A stretch of 63,154 nt of DNA, the filler included, from Octopus bimaculoides (Eukaryota), in assembly GCF_001194135.2 (NCBI RefSeq). It is 4 parts of 4 records of this genome, joined end to end, with 100 filler letters (N's around TTAATTAATTAA, not from the genome) between each part and the next. Parts side by side here need not be neighbours in the genome. Positions count along the whole stretch, not along the records: positions 23,289 to 47,435 come from NC_068984.1; positions 47,536 to 60,307 come from NC_068996.1; 2 more parts are not named here. The stretch is one strand, 5' to 3'. The translations under genes were made by a program, and so were the position numbers. This document shows, piece by piece, positions 43,499-55,499 of the stretch (positions within the stretch are counted from its first letter, which is position 1; each line of letters starts with the position of its first letter). Below the pieces are notes generated by a model. That model did not search any database. It had not been told where the DNA came from and saw only the letters and a program-made list of their open reading frames with translations.

Positions 43499-43980
43499 TA
43501 GGCTGAAAGGAATGATGACGGAAACTTTCCTCTTTGGCAAAGCCCTCATCGACTTTTTCAAGTTTCACTTGAAAAGGAAAGTGTGGGTGGAGAGGAAGAA
43601 GGGGCTGCCTTCGAGTGAATTTATCAAAAGGTGGGTGAAAGATGCAAAAATGGCAAGAGTGGATGATACCGCTCTCAGTGCAGACCTGTGAGTCGGAAGA
43701 AAGAAATTGGAATGAGCTCTCATCCTTGGTACTCAGAGTGATCTTAGATGGTGGGGGTCCTTGATTGTCCCTAGAGATCATCCTGAATCAGAGGGATCCC
43801 ATCATGATCCCCTTTTTCCCCCCTCTTTTTCTAGTGTCATATACTATGTATACCTCCCTTCTTCTAATATATATCATGTATACTTCTTATTTTATCATTC
43901 TGTTATATGTAAACCCCCACATATTATGTCTGTCTTTGTATTGTCCCCTCATCCTTCGCCCTGGTGGCAAATAAAAGAAA
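43499..43980 (+). mobile_element. L1/Tx1-like LINE 3' fragment
   Basis: RLKGMMTETFLFGKALIDFFKFHLKRKVWVER...FIKRWVKDAKMARV* followed by a pyrimidine-rich 3' UTR, AATAAA and a (CAT/ATT)n tail. A related 3' tip lies at ~32660-32755. Confidence 0.5.
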
Positions 43981-44004
43981 CCATCATCATCATCATTATT
44001 ATTA

Positions 44005-44039
<35 letters not shown>

Positions 44040-44739
44040 TGCTAAGAACTGGGCCAGAATCCAAGGAATTGTTATGTCATGTATTGGAATAATAAAAAAA
44101 ACTTTAATTTTGCATTTTTGTATTAAATTAAAAAATGTAAAAGTATTTGAAAATTGGAATGTTTTAGAGGATAAAAGTTTTTTAATGCCCACTACATAAA
44201 ATGTGTTAACATTACCTTAATTACTGTTTTTTCATACAGATGTCAGCTCCAGGTAATTTATTCTTTAAACAATTTTATTTCTCTATACTGACAGGTGTAT
44301 AGTCTTATACGTGTACTTACTGATTCTCACATCACTACCGTGTTAAGTAACAGTTAAGTTTGATGAGGTGATAATAAGACTGAAACATGACAGGAGCTGT
44401 CTCCCATATTTGTCAAAAATGAAAGAAAAATTTAATTATTCATTAATATTGCTTTTTCATTTTTACATCACCACATAACTATTTCTATTTGACTTTAATT
44501 AAACATGTTAATGTGAACTGAATTATTCAAAAATTAGTTTTAAATTAAATACTTTAACATGAACATATGAATTAAATATGTCATCATGAACTTTTACTGA
44601 AGTTCATGCTGTTGTGGCAGCACACCTGTTTCCGTCTTTATTCCTGATCTCTCTCTCTCTCACTGAGTAACCTCGTACCTCCTCATACAGCAAGACACCT
44701 GTATAACCTGTATAACAGCAAGACACTATAACCTTTCAT

Positions 44740-45110
44740 CAAGATGACTTCCTCCAATGCCCCTCCCTTCCCCAAAGTTTTTTTTTTCTTTGCCTTCCAA
44801 GTACTCGGTGATCCTGTCAGTGTATGTGCCACTTAAAAGCACCCGGTCCACACTGTAAACTGGTTGGTGTTTGGAAGGGCATCCAGCTGTAAAAACCTTG
44901 TCAAAACTGACCTCACCTGTGCTCGTGCCATGTAAAAAGCACTAAGTCCACTCTGCTGAGTGGTTGGTGTTAGGAAGAGTATCCAGCTGTAAAACTCCTG
45001 CCAAAACAGTTACAGAAGTCTGTCTGGTGCAGGCTTCTGCCTGGCTGTCTCTTGTCAAACCATCCCACCCATGCCAGCATGCAAGGCAGACGTTAAACGA
45101 TGATGATGAT
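44740..45110 (+). mobile_element. RTE-type 3'-UTR repeat ending in (GAT)n; other copies at 22940-23170, 26605-26765, 27350-27460 and 40465-40685 (-) and 38940-39090 (+)
   Basis: Shared ggaagggcatccagctgtaaaa...catgccagcatg...gacgttaaacgatgatgat, with variable 5' truncation. Confidence 0.65.
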
Positions 45111-45679
45111 AATAATAATCAATTATTGATTCTAATTTGGCTTCAATACTAGCGATTTTAGTGTGGATGAGGGCTAACTAATTACATCAAACCAGTACTT
45201 AACTGATATTATCAAACTTGTAAGAATGAAAGGTAAAAATGACCTGACATGCTTTTTCATTCTTAAACATAACAAAAAATTGCCATGCAATTGTATTACA
45301 AATAGGATACAGAGTATATGAATACCTGATGAAACCTTTAGAATTTAAACCAGCCATATTCAGCCAAAATATTCCACCTGCTTTATGTTCAGACTAGTCA
45401 AACCTGTCTCCTTACACTTACCTTGCAATGTCATTATAAAAATAAACTACCACATCATCAGAATTTGGAAGCTACAAGATAATTTATGATTAATTCCAAA
45501 ACAAAGTGAATAAATAAGTATTAGATTCAGCAGAATAATCCGAATGCTAAAGGGTTAAATTTGTTTTTTTCTACAAAATAGACTTGTAAAGTAAAGTTGC
45601 ATCTTATGGGAGAAAGTGTTATATATGCTGGCAAATACTATATGTTAACATGCACTTAACAATTGGAAAATTGCTTTAC

Positions 45680-46011
45680 CTGAATGTGAGAACTGCAAAT
45701 GGACGGTATGATTTGTGGCTGGAGTCAGAATTGAGTTTGTTGCCCCAAAAATCATGAAAAAATAAATTTCCAATAGGTTCATTTGGTGTGAGATCATTAT
45801 TGTTCAAGATAGCTTCAAAGTCATCAAAAACAAAATGGCCTGAAATACTGTTAAGGAAACAGGCTGTGGCCAAAATGAAGACAATGGTGGCTGCTGGAAT
45901 GAATGAAAGCCTTGGTATGGGTAAGCATTCATCCCAGGTGAAAACAGATTTTGGTTCATGGTGAGAATTAGAATTTGTGTGTGAATTTACTCCATTTTTG
46001 TAAGATTTCAT
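45680..46011 (-). CDS. TMTC4: First coding exon of a TMTC4-like protein O-mannosyltransferase (transmembrane and TPR repeat-containing); partial CDS, phase-2 intron follows
   Basis: Translates MKSYKNG...DECLPIPRLSFIPAATIVFILATACFLNSISGHFVFDDFEAILNNNDLTPNEPIGNLFFHDFWGNKLNSDSSHKSYRPFAVLTFR. This matches the TMTC N-terminal motifs FVFDD, NNxDL, HDFWG and SHKSYRPxxVLTFR, and the spacing best fits TMTC4. Acceptor ttgtttgtttttcag| puts the exon start at 46039; donor TTCAG|gtaaag follows 45680. Confidence 0.88.
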
Positions 46012-46242
46012 GATGACACCAAAGGAAACATGATAGAATCTGAAAAACAAACAAGTAAATAAATAAATATATAAATGGGTGGAGACATGGCTGGATGGTG
46101 AAGAAGCTTGCTCTGCACTGCATAGCACCTTGGGCAAGTTCCTCAGGCCAACCAATGCCTTTGAGTAAATTTGGTAGATGGAAACTTTTNNNNNNNNNNT
46201 ATGTATGTGTATCATCATCATCATTTAACATTCATTATCCAT

Positions 46243-46281
<39 letters not shown>

Positions 46282-48066
46282 ACCCCTGCCCTCCCTACTA
46301 CCAGTTGAAAACCAGTGTTGGTTTATTTATGTCCCCATAACATAGCAGTCCAGCAAAACAAGCTGACAGAATAAGCACCAGACTTAAAAGGAAAAAGAAA
46401 TACCAGGGTCGATTTATTCAGCAAAAAACCCCTTGAAGGCAGTACCCCAGCATAGTCACAGTACAATGACTGAAACAAGTAAACAAAAGCGGAAGAAGAT
46501 AAATAAATAAATCAGAATAAATTAGTAAAGACAGCAGATCAGAAGTGAAAGCAATTAAGATGAAAGTCAAACTTATAATCGTAAAGTTAAATACAAAGAT
46601 GAAAAAACAACAAACACATACAGCAACCAAAACTTCTAAAAACCTCACCACATTCTCAATTCTATGACATTAGTTGTATTTCAATTAATTTTAAAAACCA
46701 ATTAAATACCAATTAACTAGTAGCATCCTTTATCTCTTTTTTAAAAATTTTATGTTTCAAATTAATAACCAATTTGAAAATTGAATGAATTTACATTAGT
46801 TGATATTGAAATGGCTCAATGTGAAATAGAATATTTAATTAGTACTTCTTCTATCACACATACACACACACAAAACGTGCTGCATCAATTCTTCATATAG
46901 TATTTTAGTTCACATTAATTATTGTATAAAAAAATATATAAATGATAACGAATAGCAACTGTAAAAGGAAGAAATTACTTGAAAATGAATATGGTGATTT
47001 TAATTAAAAGTATTGACATGTGCATTAATATTTGTGAATCAGAACTGTAGCCTAATTTCAAATAGACTCTAGATTCTTGTCAGCTGTTTCTGAGGCTGCC
47101 CATATAGGAAGACAATAACTGCAATTGTTTCTCATGCAGTTATCATTACTGGATATTTTATTCTTTAAACAATTTTATTATTCTATATAGTCACAGCCAT
47201 GGCTGTGTGGAAAAGTTTATTTCTCAACAACATGGTTTACAGTTCTGGCCCATGGCATGGCTTCTTGGGCAAGTGTCTTCTACTGGGCCAATCAAAGCTT
47301 TATGAGTAGATGTGGTAAGCAGAAACTTGTGTGCACATATGTGTGTGAGAATATACACTCAAGGACACACAAACATACACTCACACACATACATACACAT
47401 ATATGCATGTGCACACACATATCAATATATATATANNNNNNNNNNNNNNNNNNNNNNNNNNNNNNNNNNNNNNNNNNNNTTAATTAATTAANNNNNNNNN
47501 NNNNNNNNNNNNNNNNNNNNNNNNNNNNNNNNNNNGTGTGTGTGTTTAAGGAGAAATTTGAATATGAACCAGACTTAGAGACGATGTTTTTGGTGTTTAC
47601 TTTTTGCTATTTACCTTTTACCCTGAAGATATGTAAGGTAATTTATCTATTTAACTTGAATTTGACGGTTAAATATAACCTTATACAGAAATGTTGACAT
47701 AGGAATAAACTTCAATGATAATGGATATTAGCGTCAAAACTCCCATTTAAATTTTTGATATATAACCAAGGAGATCGATCTATAAGGAGTCTACTAAAGA
47801 CCTTTGGGGAGAAATCTCTTGCTATTTTGGTAACGATTACATGTTTATCTCATCAGCACATTGTGGAGATATCATCATATATATATATATGTACATACAT
47901 AGGCGCAGGAGTGGCTGTGTGGAAAGTAGCTTCCTTACCAACCACATGGTTCCGGGTTCAGTCCCACTGCGTGGCACCTTGGGCAAGTGTCTTCTACTTT
48001 AGCCTCGGGCCGACCAAAGCCTTGTGAGTGGATTTGGTAGACGGAAACTGAAAGAAACCTGTCGTA

Positions 48067-48103
<37 letters not shown>

Positions 48104-48439
48104 NNNNNNNNNNNNNNNNNNNNNNNNNNNNNNNNNNNNNNNNNNNNNNNNNNNNNNNNNNNNNNNNNNNNNNNNNNNNNNNNNNNNNNNNNNNNNNNNN
48201 NNNNNNNNNNNNNNNNNNNNNNNNNNNNNNNNNNNNNNNNNNNNNNNNNNNNNNNNNNNNNNNNNNNNNNNNNNNNNNNNNNNNNNNNNNNNNNNNNNNN
48301 NNNGTAACCTAGCGGTTCGGCAAAAGACACCGATAGAATAAGTACTAGGCTTACGAAAAATAAATCCTGGGGTCGATTTGCTCGACTAAAGGTGATGCTC
48401 CAGCATGGCCACAGTCAAATTACTGAAACAAGTAAAAGA

Positions 48440-48483
<44 letters not shown>

Positions 48484-48971
48484 TTGCCCAAGGTGAACCC
48501 GGAACCATGTGGTTCGTAAACGAGCTACTTACCACACAGCTACTCCTACGCCTATATATACATATATATATATATATACATATTCTTACGTACATACATA
48601 TATACATATACGCACATACATATATGCACACATACGAATAGACATACAAACAAACACGCAAACATACATTTAAACATACAAATACACACGAACAAAAATT
48701 CATACATACACACATAATACATACGTATAAACATATCCCTCCATATATAAATATACATGCGCACGCATATATACACACATATACACACATATACATACAT
48801 ACATACATACATACATGCATACGTACGTACGTACGTACGTACAGATAGACAGACAGACAGACACCGTTATATTCAACCGTTTCCAAATATTTTCAAAAAC
48901 TAGAACGATTTGCAAAAAAACATGCATCAGGTGTTTACTCATAAAGCAATAACCTGAATAACAAACACGAC

Positions 48972-49024
<53 letters not shown>

Positions 49025-49063
49025 CAAACATACACATGCGCACACACACAGACACAGACACAG

Positions 49064-49107
<44 letters not shown>

Positions 49108-49267
49108 ATAAACACAAGGACATGTGTGTGTGTGCGTGCGTGTGTGTTGCTTGAAGCAGATGTCTTTCATGCGTCTTCGTTAACCTTGAGTTTCGCTGTG
49201 CCGTTGGCATTGCATTGTCTTGTGATGCTGTATTAGTGCTACCCTATTGTCATAAGAACTTCGAAAT

Positions 49268-49341
49268 CATCATCACCATCATCATCATCATCATCAACAT
49301 CATCATCATCAGCCATATATGCATCATCATCAGACATACAT

Positions 49342-49383
<42 letters not shown>

Positions 49384-49436
49384 TATCACCATCAACATCA
49401 TCATCATCAGCCATATATGCATCATCATCATACATA

Positions 49437-49481
<45 letters not shown>

Positions 49482-49793
49482 NNNNNNNNNNNNNNNNNNN
49501 NNNNNNNNNNNNNNNNNNNNNNNNNNNNNNNNNNNNNNNNNNNNNNNNNNNNNNNNNNNNNNNNNNNNNNNNNNNNNNNNNNNNNNNNNNNNNNNNNNNN
49601 NNNNNNNNNNNNNNNNNNNNNNNNNNNNNNNNNNNNNNNNNNNNNNNNNNNNNNNNNNNNNNNNNNNNNNNNNNNNNNNNNNNNNNNNNNNNNNNNNNNN
49701 NNNNNNNNNNNNNNNNNNNNNNNNNNNNNNNNNNNNNNNNNNNNNNNNNNNNNNTCATCATCATCAGCCATATATGCATCATCATCATACATA

Positions 49794-49890
<97 letters not shown>

Positions 49891-49920
49891 TTCTTCGTCG
49901 TCGTCGTCATCATCATCATT
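49268..49920. repeat. (CAT)n-based higher-order minisatellite spanning a gap
   Basis: Recurrent unit catcatcatcagccatatatgcatcatcatca(g/t)acatacat seen 3 times (two before and one after the gap). Confidence 0.9.
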
Positions 49921-50244
49921 ATCGACAACTGTTGCAGACTCTACATTATCTCCTCACCATTCTGTATTGAATTTGTTTCGAGTCGGTCAAGACAAATCCA
50001 TTTATATGCGTACAAATACACACGAACAATCCATTACGTGTTCCGCCCGGTCTCTGTTGTAGAAAAAAAAATAATTAAATTAAAATTAAATTAAACTAAA
50101 TTAACCTCCCCCCACAAAAAAAAATTGAATTTCAATACGTTGAAATCTCTTAAGAATCTGTTCCTTTTAGGGCTGAGAGAGTTTCTCACTCACTCATCCA
50201 CCTTTTCCTTCTTCTCGCTGTCCCCCACGCTTTTCTATCTATGC

Positions 50245-50529
50245 TCATTTTCCCTCTTTAATTGTCGTCAGACTATCGGGTGGGACGTTGATGATTACGA
50301 TTCTTAGAATCGAAAGCAAGACGATCTCTTTCCATGTTTCTAGAGTAACGTCTAGTATTCGTACCATAGCAACCGCAGCGTCTTGCTGCTGCCGTAGAAT
50401 TTGTTTTCGCTCATTCAGCTCTTGCACAATGTAGACCTCATTCCCTTGCACGATGTAAACCTTATTCCGTTGCACGACGTAGAACTCGTTCGGTAAGGGC
50501 TGCATCTCGCTGTTCTTCAAAGAACGCAT
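50245..50529 (-). CDS. Candidate 94-aa ORF of unknown function with 3 x 8-aa repeat (possible uORF or lineage-specific gene)
   Basis: ATG at 50529, stop ending at 50245, non-microsatellite and CpG-rich. Repeats NEFYVVQR/NKVYIVQG/NEVYIVQE. Donor-like GTGAGT at 50193. No recognisable homology. Confidence 0.3.
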   Translation of the reverse strand: MRSLKNSEMQPLPNEFYVVQRNKVYIVQGNEVYIVQELNERKQILRQQQDAAVAMVRILDVTLETWKEIVLLSILRIVIINVPPDSLTTIKEGK

Positions 50530-51259
50530 AGGAAACTTTGACAAAGAACATATATGTTATCGTCATTCATTCGTGTGTCTGTGTTACAGCTTCAGACAGA
50601 AAATCACTTGTTTCTGTAACATAACACTGCATGCGGTCTTTCCTTAATCAGAACGTTGATACTAAAGTCTAACTGTTGCAAAGCATATTTTTCAGGGTCA
50701 AGATTATTCAATTTCTATAATTAAAAATACGAAATTACTTTCATTCGGCAAAATGTTATTTTGCCAATTGTTTAGTTAGGACAGCTCTTATCAGAAGTCT
50801 TATTCTACGTAAATGTCAAGATATTCACTTCCAAAGTACATTTATTTTGCTGCTAAATGTTCAGACTCATTTTTATGGTATTCGTAGGTGTTTTGCGCCA
50901 CCATTTTATACATCTTTCTCTTCAAGGTTGAGGCTCAGCTTCTACTGAAATTTTCAGTATAATCCGGTGATAAATCGTTCATCAATCTCAAATATTTCTC
51001 AGCTTCTTCCTTCTAAGCTGTTGGATTTTGTATATTGGATTACATGTGAGTCCAGTATCATCCTTTGAATTATTTATCTTTAGAATATCTGTAGAAGGTA
51101 GATTAATGAGGCAAGCTGGCAGGATCGTTAGCACGCTGGGCAACATGCTTAGCGACATTTCGTTCTTCTTTATGTTGTGAGTTCAAAACCACCGGAGCCG
51201 ACTTTACCCTTCATCCTCTAGGGAATCGATAAAATAAGTACCACTTGAACACTTCTTTT

Positions 51260-51556
51260 TAGGCGCAGGAGTGGCTGTGTGGTAAGTAGCAACTTGGTCA
51301 ACTGTCTTCTACTATAACCTCGGGCCGACCAAAGCCTTGAGAGTGGATTTGGTAGACGGAAACTGAAAGAATCCTGTCGTATATATATATATATNNNNNN
51401 NNNNNNNNNNNNNNNNNNNNNNNNNNNNNNNNNNNNNNNNNNNNNNNNNNNNNNNNNNNNNNNNNNNNNNNNNNNNNNNNNNNNNNNNNNNNNNNNNNNN
51501 NNNNNNNNNNNNNNNNNNNNNNNNNNNNNNNNNNNNNNNNNNNNNNNNNNNNNNNN

Positions 51557-51620
<64 letters not shown>

Positions 51621-51835
51621 CGTGTTTGTATGTCTGTGTTTGTCCCCCCTACATCGCTTGACAACCCATGCGGGTGTGTTTATGTCCCCGTAACTAAGCA
51701 GTTCGGCAATATAGACCGCTAGAATAAGTACTTGGCTTACAAAGAATAAGTCCTGAGGTCGATTTGCTCGACTAAAGACGGTACTCCAGTATGGCCACAG
51801 TCAAATGACTGAAAGAAGTAAATGAGTAAAAGAGA
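51260..51835 (+). mobile_element. SINE family B with internal (TA)/(TG) microsatellite (other copies approx. 15950-16440, 22315-22780, 26425-27030, 33830-34220, 36660-37400, 39110-39480, 46080-46490, 47900-48440, 52130-52530, 61300-61680, 61950-62310)
   Basis: Head ggcgcaggagtggctgtgtggtaag, body ccaaagccttgtgagtggatttggtagacggaaactgaaagaa, central microsatellite, tail gcggtgctccagcatggcc.cagtcaaatgactgaaacaag(taaaagag)n. Confidence 0.9.
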
Positions 51836-52914
51836 GGATAGATTAATAATTAGTTTATCTAGATCATTTGAAGCAGCAACTTTAAATCCAGCAGTGACTG
51901 CATTTTCTCAATTCTTCACTTCGTTTTGGATTGCTACAGAGAAGCGTTCGTCATCCTGACAGGTAATTAGGTCATCGATTCCTAACAATATAAATTGTAT
52001 ACAGTGTTCGAAAGAGGAATTACCAGTTTTGAGACCTATCTGAAATCTGTCGACTAAAGAGGCACCATATTTTTTGTACACAGTGTCGTAGAGCCTTCGT
52101 CCAAATTAATATGCCAGTTTGCATCACTCTTTTTTTTACTCTTTTACTTGTTTCAGTCATTTGACTGCGGCCATGCTGGAGCACCGCCTTTAGTCGAGCA
52201 AATCGACCCCAGGACTTATTCTTTGTAACCTTATTTTATCGGTCTCTTTTGCCGAACCGCTAAGTTACAGGGACGTGAACACACCAGCATCGGTTGTCAA
52301 GCGATGTTGGGAGACAAACACAGACACACAAACACACATACACACACACACACATATATATATATACACATATATATGACGGGCTTCTTTCAGTTTCCGT
52401 CTACCAAATCCGCTCACAAGGCTTTGGTCGGCCCGAGGCTATAGTAGAAGACACTTTGCCCAAGGTGCCACGCAGTGGGAATGAACAGGGGACTATGTGG
52501 TTCGTAAGCAAGCTACTTACCACACAGCCACTCCTTTTCTTTAATTTTGTTTAGAAAAACAAACCCTACCGCTTGTATATCAGTGGATTTGGCTCCAAGA
52601 TGAGTAGAAAAAAAAAAGACTCTTGTCATTTACAAGTAATTTTGTAACCAACACAAATTCTTAATCTCCTTTCTGATGCATCCGAACAAATAATGATGCA
52701 TTGTTGACGCTTTCATAAGAACATTGAGTTATAATTCCACATATTTCTGTGGAATTTATAAAGTTTATGAATGTTGGAACAGGAAATGCTGAACAGATTT
52801 TAGTTTTAACAGAATCCAATACAGAAACTTTAATTATATTACCTTTTACTGACGGTAAGTACATACATACATACGTACATACATACATACATACATACAT
52901 ACATACATCCTAAT

Positions 52915-53299
52915 GGAGGCGCAATGGCCCAATGGTTAGGGCAGCGGACTCGGGTTCATATGATCGCGGTTTCGATTCCCAGACCGGGCGTTGTGAGTGT
53001 TTATTGAGCGAAAACACCTAAAGCTCCACGAGGCTCCGGCAGGGGATGGTGGCATACCCTGCTGTACTCTTCCACCACAACTTCCTCTCACTCTTTCTTC
53101 CTGTTTCTGTTGTACTTGTATTTCAAAAAGCTAGCCTTGTCTCACTCTGTGTCACGCTGAATCTCCCCGAGAACTACGTTAAGGGTACACGTGTCTGTGG
53201 AGTGCTCAGCCACTTGCACGTTAATTTCACGAGCAGGCTGTTCCGTTGATCGGATCAAGTGGAATCCTCGACGTCGTAAGCGACGGAGTGCCAACAACA
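52915..53299 (+). mobile_element. tRNA-derived SINE, same family as 13945-14336, inserted in (TACA)n
   Basis: Near-identical over ~385 bp to the 13945 copy, with A and B boxes. (TACA)n on both sides. Confidence 0.9.
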
Positions 53300-53808
53300 T
53301 ACATACATACATACATACTCAGAAACATAGAAACAAGTCATACCTTTCAGAATGTCTGCACCAATTAATTCATAGTTATAAAAGTTATGGTGAAGGTGCG
53401 TGGCTTAATGGTTAAGATGTTGAACTCATGAACTTAAGACTGTAGTTTCGATTCCTGTACCGGGCGGTGCGTTGTGTTTTTGAACCTAACACATCGTTTT
53501 GCCACTCTAATCAGCTGGCAAAAGTGAGTAATTCTACAACGGACCGACGTCCCGTCCGCGAAATTTTTCCCCCTCACGCATACAGTCCAAATGGTAAAGA
53601 TGTGGATGAGAAAAATATGGGTAGAAGGTGATGTGCTAGTAACCGTCTCCTCTAACTGTTTAACAAAGTACAACACACAAACTACGCAAAGGCAGCCATG
53701 GTTGGAACAAGAATAAGAACAACAAGCATTATTAAAAGAGAAAAGAAGCATGGTCATTCCTTACTCATGACTTGTTATGCGCTCATAGATTAGTTTGATA
53801 GTTGAGCT

Positions 53809-53918
53809 CTGATTGGCTGTATGCAAATGAGTTCATAACTGGGGTCTGGAACTCTTGCAGAAAAAAATTCGCGTCCCGTTCAGGTGGGGTGTATATATAC
53901 GGCATGAAAACCGGAAAA
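53809..53918. promoter_or_regulatory. Candidate promoter or enhancer: inverted CCAAT, octamer, TATA-like and ETS-like motifs
   Basis: CTGATTGG 53809-53816, ATGCAAAT 53821-53828, TATATATA 53892-53899, ACCGGAAA ~53910-53917, in CpG-retaining non-repeat DNA. Motif match only. Confidence 0.3.
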
Positions 53919-54287
53919 CAGGCCCTTTGAGTCAAAATGACTCGGTAAAGGAATTTTAGGTATTTACTTTATAAAGATTATTAACCACAAGTAAAGTGTT
54001 GAAGGTGGCGGCGAGGGGGACGTTAAGAGAAACGTGTACCAATTATAAAGTATATTCGAATGATAAGATTCAAATCTTTTTATCATCCAATTCTTCATCT
54101 TGAAATCATGTTCACTGATGTAAAAGAGGCAAAGATGTGACGCCTCTAACTCTTTTGAGCCATCGTTAAAAAAAGTTAAATAGCTATCAGCAAGTTTGTT
54201 TATTATTAATGAGAACTTTGTTCATAACTAAGCTGGATTAACGGTGCATATCCCACAGTAATAAGTAGCAGCTGTAAGGTTATCCAT

Positions 54288-55087
54288 GGCGGACGTCGGA
54301 CTTAGGAAATACCAACAAGTTGGAATTTCTCCGTTTTGACGGGGATTTTTTTCAGATTTTTTTTTTTCCGGTGCCTTTGGAATTGCTAAGGACTATCTTT
54401 TTAGCCAAAACTATTTGCGAAAAATGATGGAGGGATACTACATCCCCCGATCGATTTCGGTCGATTTTGTGGGCACTACGTATGATTTGAGGGGAGGGGT
54501 GGCATTACGCACTTGAAAAGTTATGGGAGAAGCCTTTTCGATAAAAACAAAGTAAACATTTTCAGGCGGGGAGTGTGTGGTTAAAGAGAGATTTGGCTCA
54601 TTCGTTTCTTTCTCACTCTAACAAGTATTGATATTTTTCAATATTTTCTCCCTATTAATAGAATAAACTCATTTATGCTGTTAAAAATTTTTTGGGGAAA
54701 ATTTATGATTTTTATCAACCCTAAAATTTTGCAATCATGAGATATGCTAGAATCAACAGCCAAATCTCCCTTAACTCACTCACCTTTACGTCTGAAAATA
54801 ACTCTTTTTTTTTCCACCGAAAAGGCTTCTCCTATAATATTTTTAGGTGCGTAATGCTCCCCCAACCCCATCCCGCCTCAAATCATCGTACGTAGTACTC
54901 ACAAAATTGCCCAAAATCAGTTGGATAGGAGGAGGTTGGGGATTAAAAAAACATCATTTTTCGCAAATTTTGGGGACTAAAAAGATATTCCAGAGTACTT
55001 ACAAGTGCACCGTGAAAAACATCTGGAAAACCCCGTCAAAACAGAGGAATTCCAACTTGTTAGTGTTTCCTAAGTCCGACATCCGCC
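54288..55087. mobile_element. 800-bp foldback / long-TIR non-autonomous DNA element
   Basis: Arms ~54288-54598 and ~54758-55087 are inverted copies, e.g. ggcggacgtcggacttaggaaataccaacaagttggaatt versus aattccaacttgttagtgtttcctaagtccgacatccgcc. About 160-bp spacer, no ORF. Confidence 0.85.
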
Positions 55088-55499
55088 TTATCTGCAATTA
55101 ACAATTCCCCCGATATGGTTTATCATTTGCTTCACGTTTAATATTCGAAGTTAGTTTCTTTTCGTCCTACTGGTTAGAACTCACAAAATGTTATGTACAG
55201 ATTTGACAAAAAAATAATGCTTTTGATCCGCTAAATTTGTTGAAATTAACCATTTTATAACAAAGCATCTTCTTTTCCGTATGCAGAATGAGATCCACAA
55301 AGATGTGATGATTCACCAATCTTGCAATTTTTGGCCAGATTTTGCTCAATTATTTTTACTAGAACTTTGCCATATTTTTGATCCGCCCTTAAATGTTCGC
55401 TTTCAATACTATTTTCCAAAATGTCGAAGCAAGACTGAGATGTGACACTTTAGATAAAAAGGCTTTTTGTCTGAACACAAATGTTTCATAAACATCAGT

